Shown: piece by piece, positions 35,308 to 47,060 of the stretch | How positions within the stretch are numbered: the first letter of the stretch is position 1 | How the letters are laid out: the number at the start of each line of letters is the position of its first letter | From: Hypanus sabinus | Taxonomy: Eukaryota | NCBI RefSeq assembly: GCF_030144855.1 | Contig: NC_082715.1 | Coordinates: 91,884,001-91,948,000, forward strand | Length of the DNA: 64,000 bases | Direction: 5' to 3' | Position numbers and translations under genes: made by a program | The notes under the pieces: generated by a model | What the model saw: the letters and a program-made list of their open reading frames with translations, nothing else | Told to the model about the DNA's origin: nothing | The model's database searches: none

Positions 35308-36392
35308 AATACAAGAAAATCTGCAGATGATGGAGAAATCAGGATTTCTAGCATCTGTAGATTTTCTTGTGTTTGTACTACTACTACTCTGCAAGGTCTC
35401 TTCCAGGGATGCCTGACCTGAAACCTTTCCTTCAATGTGAGATCAGTGAAACCTTCCCTCGTTGTTCCACCTCTGTGATCTCTGTAGCCCTCTGACTCTT
35501 CAACCATGTGCTCCCCCAAACCTACTACCACAGCCATGTGTCCTTCTTGGGAACATGTTTTTGCTGCCATCTTGTGCCACATAGTTTCCAGATCCGTTTT
35601 CAAGCTTCTTGATTTGGATCCTCTGAGGACCCCAAATTTGTTCAATTGACTGCTTCTCCTGCTCCATTCTGTCTGCCATGGTTTCCACCATGAGGAGGTA
35701 CCTGGTGTCCCTTTCTCAGTCGCTTCCACAACTATGGAATATTCTCTCTGCTGCCTGCAATGAACCTCTGCGATACTTCATCCTCAGCCGGACCCACACT
35801 TCTAATTGTCAATCAGATCAAAAAATTGAGATCTCTCAGTGGCCACTCATTTCAATTCTACTTCCTATTGACATTCTGACATACCAGTCCCTGGCCTCCT
35901 CTACTGTTGCGATGAGGTCACACTCAGGTTGGAGCAGCAACACCTTATGCTCCATCTGGGTAGCCTCTAACCTGATGGCATGACCTCAATTTCTCGAACT
36001 TCCAGTAATTGCCCTCCCTCCCTTCACCATTCCCATATTTTTGTTTCCCTCTCTCACTTTATCTCCTTACTTACCCATTATCTCCCTCAGGTGCTCCTTG
36101 CCCTTCCCTTTCTTCAATGGTCTTCTACCTTCTCCGATCAGATTCCCAATCTTCAGCCCTTTATCTCTTTTACCAATCAACTTTGTAGGTCTTTACTCAT
36201 CCCTACCCTTCTCCCTGTTTCACCCACCACCTACCACTTTATATTTATTTTTCCCATTCCTCCCTTCTTTCTCTGACTTCTTATCTTTCCTTCCAGTCCT
36301 GATGAAGGGTCTCAGGCAGAGAAGTCAACTGTTCATTCTTTTCCATAGATGCTGTCTGGCCTGCTGAGTTCTGTTAGTACTTTGTGTTTGTT
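35308..36392 (+). mobile_element. PLE with 5' inverted terminal hairpin, inserted in a Rex LINE
   Basis: Hairpin at 35311-35370. GIY-YIG end VATHFNSTSY..SD..V.GLLYCCDEVTLRLEQQHLM..LGSL*PDGM. CAGTCCTGATGAAGGG at 36294. Flanks are TCTGAAGCTAT and TCTGAAGATCTAT. Confidence 0.75.
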
Positions 36393-37001
36393 TCTGAAGA
36401 TCTATCCTGCACCCAGAAATTATAAAGAAGGCATGCCAGCAAATATACTTCATTAGGAGTTTGAGGAGAATTGATATGTCATCAAAGACACCCAAATTTC
36501 TCAAGAAATGTAATGGGGAGAGCATTCTGGCTGGTTGCATCACCATTTGCTATGGAGGGGCCACGGCACAGGATTGTGAAAAACTGCAGAATGTTGTAAA
36601 CTCAGTCAGCTCCATCATGGGCACTAGCTTCCCTGTCACTGAAGACATCTTCAGAAGGTGATGCCTCAAAAAGGCAGAATTCATCATTAAGAATTGCCAC
36701 CACCCAAGACATGACCCCTTCTTGTGTACCGTCAGGGAGGTGGAACAGGAGACAGAATATACACACTCAACATGCTAGGAACAGCTTCATCCCCTCCACC
36801 ATCAGAATTCTGAATTGTCTGTGAACCTATTAACACTGTCTCACTATCTTGCTTGCTTTTTGCACTACTTATTTATATATTTTAATATGTTATTTGTAAC
36901 TTATAGCATGGTTTTTCATGCATTGCTCTATAAAATTGCCATATAACCATGAATTTCACAACATATGTTGGGAAATTTGTGGTTTTGCAGCAGTAGTACA
37001 G

Positions 37002-37588
37002 TGCAACACCTCTGAAATTCCTGGTTTCCTTGGGCTGCGTAAGACTAGGGAATACACATTCCTGTACCACCAAATCCTTGAGATTGGACTGGCTCTCCCA
37101 CCCCAAACCCGATTTGTGTGGATGCTTTGTAATTTGCTATCCTGCTACAACTCGGTGCCAAGAAACTCTGCATACGTTTGAAGGAATTATGTTTATGAAT
37201 GTTAACTTAACTAAAGGGTTAGTAAAGAAAAGAAAGAAAAACAAAAAGGGCACATTATAATTAAACAGTCAAACCTACACAAGTTGAGACTCAATTCTTC
37301 CAAAAGTCATATTCACTGATCCTCATTAGACCTCTGCACCTTGCTCCATGGAATCATGATCCCCCACCGGTTCGAATCCTACGACCGGTTCACTCCAGAG
37401 TCTTTTCTCTTCATCTCCCACCGATAAAAGACCCCAGCACACACCGTTGTCGGGCACACAAAAAAATCTCACTCCCTAGATTGGATGACTTACATTCCAA
37501 AGCACCCATTATCTCTAACCATAACTCAAACACTGTTTCTACAGAAAGACCATTACATTAGCAGTGAAACGGTTACCAGGATGTTACA
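37002..37588 (-). mobile_element. Probable solo LTR
   Basis: Termini TGCAAC and GTTACA; homologous to 29360-29480. No clean TSD. Confidence 0.6.
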
Positions 37589-38694
37589 CATAAAAATGTG
37601 CTTTAAGTTACAATAGGATTATGTCTCTGATTCTGATCTCTAATAAACCTTACAATAGCTCATGTCTAAATAGAATGCCATGATTCTCTGGAAATCTCTT
37701 CTTTGGCGGTGGAAGCAGAGACAGATGCTGAATGTTTTAAAGACAGAGGTACATGGATTCCGGGTAACTGGAAGGGAAGGAGAATATGGATCAGATCACT
37801 AGTGGAGCAGACTCTGAGGTGAAAAGATTAAGCGTTGCTCCTATTTTTTTATGTTCTCGTGTTTGCTTGCTAGTATCAATTTGAGAAAGTGAAGTCAAAA
37901 AGTACAATCACATTCCTAGCCAGGGTAGGAGTGAGGTTAAATTATGTACTCATTGAGTTAGTTTCAATGAAATGAAAATAAAAATGCTCTATAAAATGCT
38001 GGCAGTCTGCTCTGCCAGATTATTTGCTTGAAGAAGAAAGTCAAATCAAACTGAACTGTGTCAAAAGGAAATTTGAATCAGATCACACACATATCGTGTG
38101 ACAATGGAATTAATTATATAGTGAGCAGATTTGTATTTATACTGGTTTAATTAGTACTGCGATGAGCTGTGCGTCCGTGTTTAATATTTAGTTAATATCA
38201 TTAATCTTTTTGCTGGCACTTTTCTGAATTACAAATGTAGCTATCTGCAACACCATGATAAAGGCAAGGAAGGTGTTAATAAAAATAGCATGTAGTCAAC
38301 ACTGTTCATAACCTACTTTTCATCATACAATCCACAATGGCAGCACCCAAACACTGATCGTAAGTGGTAAATATACACAGTTCTTTCCAACTTGTCTGGA
38401 TGGTGATTATAAACACAAGGTAGTGCAGATGCTGTAAATCCAAAGCAACACACACAAAATGCTTGAAAAACTTATCAGGTCAGGCAGCTTCTATGGAAAT
38501 GAATAAGCAATGGACATTTTGGGCTGAGACCCTTCTGATTCTTGCTAATTGAGCTAACATAAAGACATTGCATATAGACTCATGATGTCTCCATGCACTT
38601 TCAGACTGTTTTGTTGTAATAATGCAGGAAACAAGGCTGCCAATGTGATAAAGACAATCCAGAAAAATAACAATGTGATAGCTGACACAGTTTT

Positions 38695-40430
38695 TATACT
38701 GTATGGATCTATTTCTTTTACAGCAGTACACCCCCCTTAGTACTATGTATTGTTCTGTCATCTGTGCATGCACATTGATCTGTTGGCTGCACATGTACAT
38801 CGTTTTCTGCCTCTCTCTCGCTCTTTCGCTGCAATGAATACACCAGTTAAAGCCATCTCCTGTGTGTGCTTTTGTTTAATTGATACGTTGTTGTGCACAG
38901 TCACAACAAATTGGCGTTGAGTACAAACCTAAATATTAGAGAATATCATGAACTGCACCGAAGGTTATGGGGCAAAACAGCACAAGAAAGCTGTCACAGA
39001 TGCTAACAAAGGAATGTAAGAGTAATAGTGAAAGACACATTGAATTTAAAGCGTAAGGAATGTGCCGATGGCTTGAGTCAGGAAAGTTGACGAATTTGAT
39101 AGCGCTGATGAAGGCTGGGAGTCATATATTGAGAGAGCTGAACTGTATTGTAATGTGAACAATATGAAGAAGCAAAAGAAAGCCCCTACACTTCTCAGCT
39201 TAATGGGCCCAGGAACGTAGAGTAACCCCTGCAATTTAGTAACCCCTGTAAAGCCAGCAAGCAAGCGACTTGAGGTTATACCAGTGAAGTCAACTACCTC
39301 AGCAAAGACTGTCATTGCTCTGAAGACTATCTTCTCCAGAAATGGCTTACCAGAACAAATTTTGAATGACAACAGAACACAATGCATGTCAGATGAATTC
39401 CGATTGTTCATGAAGAAAAATAGCATCAGACATTTCAAGTCAGCTCCTCAGCACCCAGCAACAAATGGGTTAGCAATCTTCAAGAAGTCCATTAAGGTGA
39501 TGGACAAGGAAGTCATTTTTCTGCAACACAAGGTAGACAACTTCTTTTTTGTGTATCAAAACTCTGTTCTTGCGGCAATAAATCAAGCACTTGCAATGCT
39601 GTTCATGAACAGAAATCTGAGCTCTCACATTGACCTCCTGAAACCAGACCTCCGGAGGGAAGTTCAGAACAAACAGTTCAGTCAATTGCCAAGTGAAGCA
39701 GCAAGGAGCACCCAGATTGGACAGGAAGTCCTAGCGTGTGATTACCGAGAAGAAAAATAGACGCTCGATAGGATAGTTACAAGAACTTGACCACTGATAT
39801 ACACAGTGGATGTTGGAGATCAGATATGGAGACTTCATGTAGACCAGATACTGTATGTTTAGCTGACGAACAAACCTGAGTCGAGTTCATCCAACAAGAT
39901 GGACGCATTACAGTCACTCGACTTAACTCTCTGTGATGATGCCACTTACAGTAATGTGACACCAGAAACTGAGAACGTTGTCTTAGACAAGACACCTACC
40001 AAACCTGTCACTCCACAGGTCCAGAGGTGCTATCCTGAAAGAAATAGAGCGCCACCCAAATGACTGAATCTTTAGAACTGCAAAGTTAGTTATGCACTGT
40101 TGTTGTGAAAGCATGTTTATTTGGAATATGGGTTTATGAAAGAGAAATTGAATGCTTTGTGCATATACAGTTTTATGTTGCATTAAACTACAGGAAGAGG
40201 AAATGTAATGTATGGATCTATTTTTTAGAGCAATGATCCCACCCCTCTGAGCATTACATATTGATCTGTTGTCTGCACCTGTGCATTGATATTTAATCTG
40301 CATATGCACTGTTGTCTATGCATGCACACTGCACTCTCTCTCACTGAAAAGTGAATACACTAGTTCAAGCCATCTCCCCTGTGTGTGCTTTTATTAATAA
40401 ATTGATATGTAGTTGTTCATAGACACCACA
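38695..40430 (+). mobile_element. Internally deleted Gypsy-type LTR element with two LTRs (about 1.7 kb)
   Basis: LTRs at ~38695-38908 and 40204-40430 share TGTATGGATCTATTT..AAGCCATCTCC..TGTGTGTGCTTTT..ACA. PBS-like TTGGCG at 38911 and PPT AGGAAGAGGAAA at 40192. gag: EFDSADEGWESYIER.ELY..N..KK..TLLSLMG. Integrase: IFSRNGLPEQILNDN..SAPQHPATNGLA. Confidence 0.88.
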
Positions 40431-41364
40431 GTATGTTTTTTCCTCTGTTGCTGCTGTATAATGGATTTGTGGAACCACTTCTTCACCCAGGAGACCAAGG
40501 GCAGCTTGGGATATTCTTTGATAGGTATTTAGATATTAAAGGATCACAAGTTATGGGGTTCATTCAAAAAAGGGACACAGAGTCAAAAGGTCAGCCATGA
40601 TCGTTTTCATTGACAGAATGGGCATGCAACAGCAAAAGCATTCCCCTTGCTTCATTCATTCTGATCTTGTGGCTACAAGTTCTCTTTCAACAAAGTTGGT
40701 TGATGCAGTTTGGCCATAGCTTTGGGGTTACTTCCCACAACCCTCTGCGAAATAATTCAAGTAAGCATTGACATCCATCTGAGGTGGTTGGAGCTTCTTT
40801 CACTAACAATCTCCATGAAAAGTCTATAGGTTCAAAGGAGTGTTCCACTGAAATGAGAAAACCAACGAGAAACACACATCACGGAAAGCGGAACATTTAC
40901 AACCTCATTGTGAATGTGCTGCTTTTGATAATCTGGTGAAATGAGAATAAAACATTTAAATTAAAATCCTGTTGGATTGCTTCTTGTTTTATGCAAGTTA
41001 CCTCAAATGATTTGGCATTTTAAGTGTGGGTATTCTGTGGGCTTTTATTCTCCCAAAGCTTCATAAAGGAACCCTAAATGGCATCTCTCTAAAAGCATTG
41101 ATTGACAGTTATCTTTAGTGCAACACTTCAATACAGTTACTCTTGGAGGTTATTTTCGATCTTAGCCCCAAAAGGCTAAGATAAAAAAAATAAAAATGGA
41201 TATAATTGTTTTACCACATGGAACTAGAAGGCTTTGTAAATGCTAGGAAGAGTTTTCATCTGTACAAGTGGTACACTTACAGACTGTAAATGTACATTTT
41301 GTTTTCATCTTAATGGATTCTGAGTCACTTATTTTGAAAAGAGTGATCAGACTTTTATCTAACT

Positions 41365-41579
41365 AAACATAAGAGATTCTGCAGATGCTGGAAATCCAGA
41401 ATAATGCACACAGAATGCTGGAGGAACTCAGTAAGTCAGGCAGCATCTATAGAGAGGAACAAATGTTCAACATTTCAGGCCAAGACCCTTAATCAAGACC
41501 TTATGAATGCTCTTGATATGAAGCATCAACTGTTTGTTCCTCTCCATAGATGCTGCCTGACCTGCTGAGTTCCAAGCAG
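41365..41579. mobile_element. Fold-back PLE terminal-repeat element
   Basis: GGAACTCAGTAAGTCAGGCAGCATCTATAGAGAGGAACAAA is mirrored by TTTGTTCCTCTCCATAGATGCTGCCTGACCTGCTGAGTTCC. Confidence 0.8.
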
Positions 41580-41779
41580 GAACTGGTTGGTGCAGCATAA
41601 CTCATCAAATCCTCATGTTCTCATGACTTCTTTCCTGACTCCAGATCAAATATCACCTGAAACTAAAAACATATTCTGGTCCACAATCACCACTCCTAAT
41701 TCTTCAATCTCTTACTCTTTCCTATCTTGGGATTCTGTCCCCAGTCTTATAACTTTCTTGGAGCACTGCATATTACTTC

Positions 41780-42135
41780 ATGGACACTGGGGTGGCAGGG
41801 TAGATATATGTCTCTACCAAAGGAGGTGTAAGGTGCTCCTTCTCTCCGCTAGCCTGCAGGTCACCTTCGGCAAGGTTTAGCACCTGCTTAGCCCACCCCC
41901 CCCTCCTCCGGTCAGTCACATAAAGGCATGCGAGCCAGTGGTGGATGGCCATATGAGCAGCTGGTGCATATCACAACTCCTGGTTATGCAACCACTGATG
42001 CCAGGCAGACAATCTCTGAAGAGTATTGATAATATCTGTAATGACCCACCTTGTAAAGCCACTGCCTAGAAGAAGGTAATGGCAAACCATTTCTGTAGAA
42101 ATGTTTGCCAAGAACAATCTTAGTCATGGAATGAC
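41780..42135 (+). mobile_element. RTE/BovB-related SINE-like element
   Basis: The 3' part AGAAGAAGGTAATGGCAAACCATTTCTGTAGAAATGTTTGCCAAGAAC resembles the recalled Bov-A/BovB terminal motif. The 5' part is GC-rich and self-complementary. Confidence 0.55.
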
Positions 42136-42136
42136 C

Positions 42137-44555
42137 TCTCTGGGAATAGTAAAGGTGGGGGAGTATGTTTCATGGTGAACAATGCTTGGTGTGAGCAGGT
42201 AGCATGCACACCCTCAAATCCTTTTGCTTCCTGAATTTGGAGTACCTTATGCTGCCATGTCAACCTTTCTGGCTGCCTACAGAGTTCACATCTGTTACTA
42301 TTATAGCCATGTACATCCCACCACAGGTCACTATCAACCTGGCTCTTAATGAACTTTGTGAAACCATTAATATCCATGAAACCACAAACCCAAAGGCTGC
42401 TTTCATCATCGCTGGAAACTTTAACCAAGTATCTCTGACCAGAGCTTACCCAAAGTCCTGCCAACCACATCAAGGTGAGCACACGGGGAGAAAGCATACT
42501 TGACCACTGCTACTCTCTCTTCCACATGCTTAGATTCTCTGCCCTCTGTTTGGAAAGTCTGACCATTCCTGCATTTTGCTCCTGTCCACCTACAGGTAGA
42601 AATTGAAGCAGGAAGCAGCCATATTGAAAACTATTCACTGCTGGTTCTACCAATGTTACAAGATTGCTTTGTTAACATCACCTGGGAGGTATTTTGATCT
42701 GAAGATATCTCCAAATACATGGAGGTGGTTACAAGCTGCATTTGGAAGTTGATTGAAGACATTGTTCCCCAAAAATTGGTCTGTGTCTACCCAAATCAGA
42801 AGCCTTGAATAAATAGTTCAGTGTGTGTTGCTCTCAGTGCAAGGGACAAAGCCTTTGTCTCCGGAGACCAACATGAGTTCAAGAGATGCCACTATGATTT
42901 ATGTAGAGCCATCAAGGTGACAAAACGGCAACATAGGAACAATATCCAGTCACAACTGTGTGACAATGACCCCCACAGCATATGGCAAGGACTGCACACC
43001 ATTATGAACTTGAAGAGGAAACGCAGCAGTACAGCAAACATTGCCGCCTTGCTCCCAGCTAAGCTAAATGCTTTTTATTCTCGATTCGAGGTAGATAAGA
43101 CTTAACCCCTGAGGAGAGCCACCAAGGAAACCTGCACCTCGGTCTTCTCCGAGGCTCCAAACGTGTCAACAGCTGGAAGGCATCCCTGGGCTCATCCTCA
43201 AGGTGTGTGCTGAAGAGCAGGCTAGTGTGTTTATGGACATTTTTAATCTCTTCCTCTCCCAATGTCTAGTGCCTCCCATTTCAAATTATCCATCATTGTC
43301 CCTGTACCTAAGAAAACCAAGGTAGCATGCCTAAACGATTGGTGCCCTGTGGCACTCACCTCAATTATAGGCAAGTGTTTTGAGAGGCCATCTAAAGGCT
43401 ACATGACTACACCTGCAGCATGCTACCACTCACGCTGAACCCCCTATAATTTCCTACTGACAGAACCAATCTACCAATGACAGCACCATCCTCACTCACC
43501 TGAAGAAGAGGATGCATATGTTAGAATGCTGTTCCTGGACTACAGTTCAGCATTTAGCACTATAATTCCCTTCAGACTTGGCAGGAAGCTCAGACCTTGG
43601 CCTGCACCTCACCTTGTGCAGCTGGATCCTAGATGTCCTATCGGATCTCCAACAGGTGGCAAGGTTGGGTTCCCTCGCCTCTGCCCTTCTAAGCCTGAAC
43701 ACAGCTGCCCCCAGGTTATGTTCTGAGTGTGCCTCTTTACTCCCTTTACACCCACTACCATACTGCCATACACAGCTCCGATCTGCTAATCAAATTCACA
43801 GTTGACATGACTTTCATCAGCCTTAGTTATAGTGGTGATGAGACAGCCTACAGAGGAGAGATTGACATCCTGACACAGTGGTGCCAGGATAACAACCTCT
43901 CCCTCAATGTCCAAAAAAACAAAAGAGCTGATTGTGGATTACAGGAGGAACAGAGTCAGGCTCACACCAATCAACATCAATGGGTCTGCAGCTGAGAGGG
44001 TGATTAGTTTCAAGTTCCTCCATATACATATCACTGATGATCTCACCTGGACGGTACACACCAGTTTTGTGGCAATAAAAAGTACAATACATCTCTTCCA
44101 ACTCAGGCAAATGAAGAAACTCAGCATGGGTCCCCAAATCTGCAGGGGCCCCATTGAGAGCATACTGACAGGCTGTATCACCGCCTGGTATGGGAACTGC
44201 ACTAACCTTGATCACTAGGCACTGCAGAGAGTGGTACGGACAGCTCAGCGCATCTGTGGATGTGAACTTCCCTCCAGTGAGGACATTTATAGCAGCAGGT
44301 AGAGAAGGAAGGCCTGGAAGATCACTGGGGACAGCAATCACTTGTTTCAGCTGCTTCTGTCTGGCAAACAGTACAGCAGGATTAAACCACAGCCAACAGG
44401 CTATGGGACGACTTCTTTCTTCAAGCCTTTTAAATTTTAAATTTAAATTTAGACTTTTAAATTCACATTTCTGGACATTGCAACGGAGTCATAACACAGA
44501 GTTTTACTCCTTCACATTGAGGGATGGATGCAAGATTTAAATAAATTCTAAATTC
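42137..44555 (+). mobile_element. Rex1/Babar LINE pseudogene (APE endonuclease and RT)
   Basis: SGNSKGGGVCFMVNNAWC; LEYLML.C.PFWLPTEFTSV.I.AMYIPP; IIAGNFNQ; GKSDH; [11 protein letters not shown]; RMLFLDYSSAFSTIIP; LYSLYTH; KTKELIVDYRR; IESILTGCITAWYGNCT. Confidence 0.93.
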
Positions 44556-45667
44556 ACATCAAAAGGATACCATGAAAACAGATTCCAGGCTGAGTAAATT
44601 TTGGATAGGATGTTTAGTCCACCATGTCTGTTTTACTGGCTAGGAGGATGTTAAAGCTGCTTTGATGGCATTCAAAGAACCATACAGGATGCTTGCCAAC
44701 ATTCCTCTCATAAGATACACAAGTGGAAAAAGTTTTGTTCTCCTGTAACTCAATGCTGTTGCAGGCTCTTGTTGTTGCCCGAAGTAATTGTTGTATTTGT
44801 CTCATCACAATCGCCACACTACAAAATGGTTCTGTGTCTGAAATACCTGGGGACATTTTGAGGCAGGTAATGATATCCTATATAAATGAAAGGTTTCTTT
44901 GTATTATCCAACTCTGCATTGATCCAGAAAAAACACTGTATTGTTTTGACAGAATAGATTTCAATGTTGAGTTGCAATAAATCAATGGTCTATGAATTCC
45001 CTTGACAGCCTAACCCTGATACTTTACTGTTACACAATATGAAACCCATGTTGTCTTGAGATAGAGCAACATCTATTCTAAACATTAATCTGAACCGCTT
45101 CATCGATGTTGCCACTGCTACACTTTATGCATGCACTTTATACTTAGATTATATGATGACAATTACCAAATGAGAATTGAAAAGAACATAGGAGAAATTG
45201 AAATGCTTTTTAACCATATCATGCTGGCAGAAGCCTCAACAGAGTGATAGGCATTTATTAATTTAAACAAAAGCAAGACCTAGAACAGAATGTCAGAGGT
45301 CATTGATCTCACAGCATATATATGTACAGTAGGGCAGCAGATTATACTGAGAGAATCAGAGCAATACTGCATGGAAACAGCCCTCCAGTTCAACTCATCC
45401 ATGCTGACCAAGATACCCATAGAAGCTAATCCATTTGAATGGAATACTGGTAATGGAGGGATCCTAAATTACAGCAATTGAGTTGCCCTCTGCTGTATTT
45501 GTTCCTGGGCTCAATAAGTAGGGACAAAAACAAAATAATTCTTAGATAGGAGGGTGAACAGCCAGAGCTTGTGGTCCAAGTAGATACCAAAAACATAGGT
45601 AGGAAGAGTGATGAGGTTCTGCAAAGTGAGTCAGGGAGAAGGGAACCAAGATAAAGGATAGGACATC

Positions 45668-45705
<38 letters not shown>

Positions 45706-46400
45706 CTTTATTCATCCCCAAGGGGAAATTTAAGATTTTTCCAGTGTCCCATACACTTATTGTAGCAAAACTAATTACATACAGTATTTAACTCAGTATA
45801 AATATGATATGCATCTAAAATCACCCTCCCAAAAAGCATTAATAAATAGCTTTTAAAAAGTTCTTAAATAGTTTACTAAAGTGCATTGAGTGGTAACTTA
45901 AGCTCAGTCCTAACCCCGGTACTTAACATGTTTTGCCCCTGGTGGTTGAATTGTAGAGCCGAATGGCATTGGGGAGTAATGATCTCTTCATCCTGTCTGA
46001 GGAGCATTGCATTGACAGCAACCTGCCGCTGAAGCTGCTTCTCTGTCTCTGGGTGGTGCTGTGCAGAGGATGTTCAGGGTTTTCCATGATTGACCGTAGC
46101 CTACTCAGCGCCCTCGGCTCTGCCACCGAGGTCATACTCTCCAGTTCTGTGCCCACGACAGAGCCCACCTTCCTTACCAGCTTATTAAGACGTGAGGCGT
46201 CCCTCTTCTTAATGCTGCCTCCCCAGCACGCCACCACAAAGAAGAGGGCGCTCTCCACAACTGACCGATAGAACATCTTCAGCATCTCACTACAAACATT
46301 GAATGACGCCAGCCTTCTGAGGAAGTACAGTTGACTCTGTGCTTTCCTGCACAGGGCATCTGTGTTGGCAGTCCAGTCTAGATTCTCGTCTAACTGCACT
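45668..46400 (-). mobile_element. Young Rex1/Babar-like LINE 3' fragment with (TAGA)n tail
   Basis: Uninterrupted 158-aa ORF at 45923-46399 (LDWTANTDALCRKAQS.LYFLRRL.SFNVC..ML.MFY.SVVES..F....CWG..HPLH..AIRLYN). CpGs are retained. About nine TAGA units at 45668-45705, with CTAG at both junctions. Confidence 0.9.
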
Positions 46401-46757
46401 CCTAGGGTTGTGATCTCAGGACTGCATCTTGTGCCACATGCTAGTGAGACCAGAGGTAGGAAGATTATACAGTTTAATACATGGCTGAGGAGTTGGTGTA
46501 GGAGGGAGGGTGTCAGATTTTTGGATCATAGGGCTGTCTTCTAGGGAAGGAGGAACTTGTACAGAAGAGACAGATTGATTGTGCTGCACGGGGAAGGGTG
46601 GGGGAGGGATCTAAACTACAGTTACAGGAGGACTGGAACCAGAGTGCCAGAACAGATAATGAAGAGGTTATGAAGACAGATGTTCTTAAGACCTCAAACA
46701 AAGTCAGGGATCAAAAGGTTGAGCAAGGTGTGACTAATGTTCTGAGTTGCATATATT

Positions 46758-47060
46758 TAGATAAATAGATAGATACTTCATTGATCTAAAAGGAAATTAC
46801 AAAGTCAGAGTAGCATTTCAAATGCACAGATATATAAATATTAGAACAGAAGTAGAAAGAATAAAGAATAAGTTACCTCAAACACTCTAACAGGAGGGGT
46901 TCATTATTTCCTTGGCTATAGTTGATGCATTATAAAGCCTACTGGCCGAGGGAAAGAATAAACTCATACAGCGCCTTTTGAAACAGCTCAGTTGTCTTAG
47001 TCTATCACTAAAAATGCTCCTCTGTTCAGCCAAGGTGGTTTGCAGAAGGTGAAAAGCATT
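46758..47060 (-). mobile_element. Second TAGA-tailed Rex-like 3' fragment
   Basis: H.LQTTLAEQRSIFSDRLRQLSCFKRRCMSLFFPSASRLYN; tail TAGATAAATAGATAGATAC. Confidence 0.8.

Noticed and set aside
36294-36331. Active hammerhead ribozyme at this copy
   Set aside because: CUGAUGA and GUC are present, but the GAAAC box reads GAGAA and stem II is disrupted, so it is counted only as a family relic.
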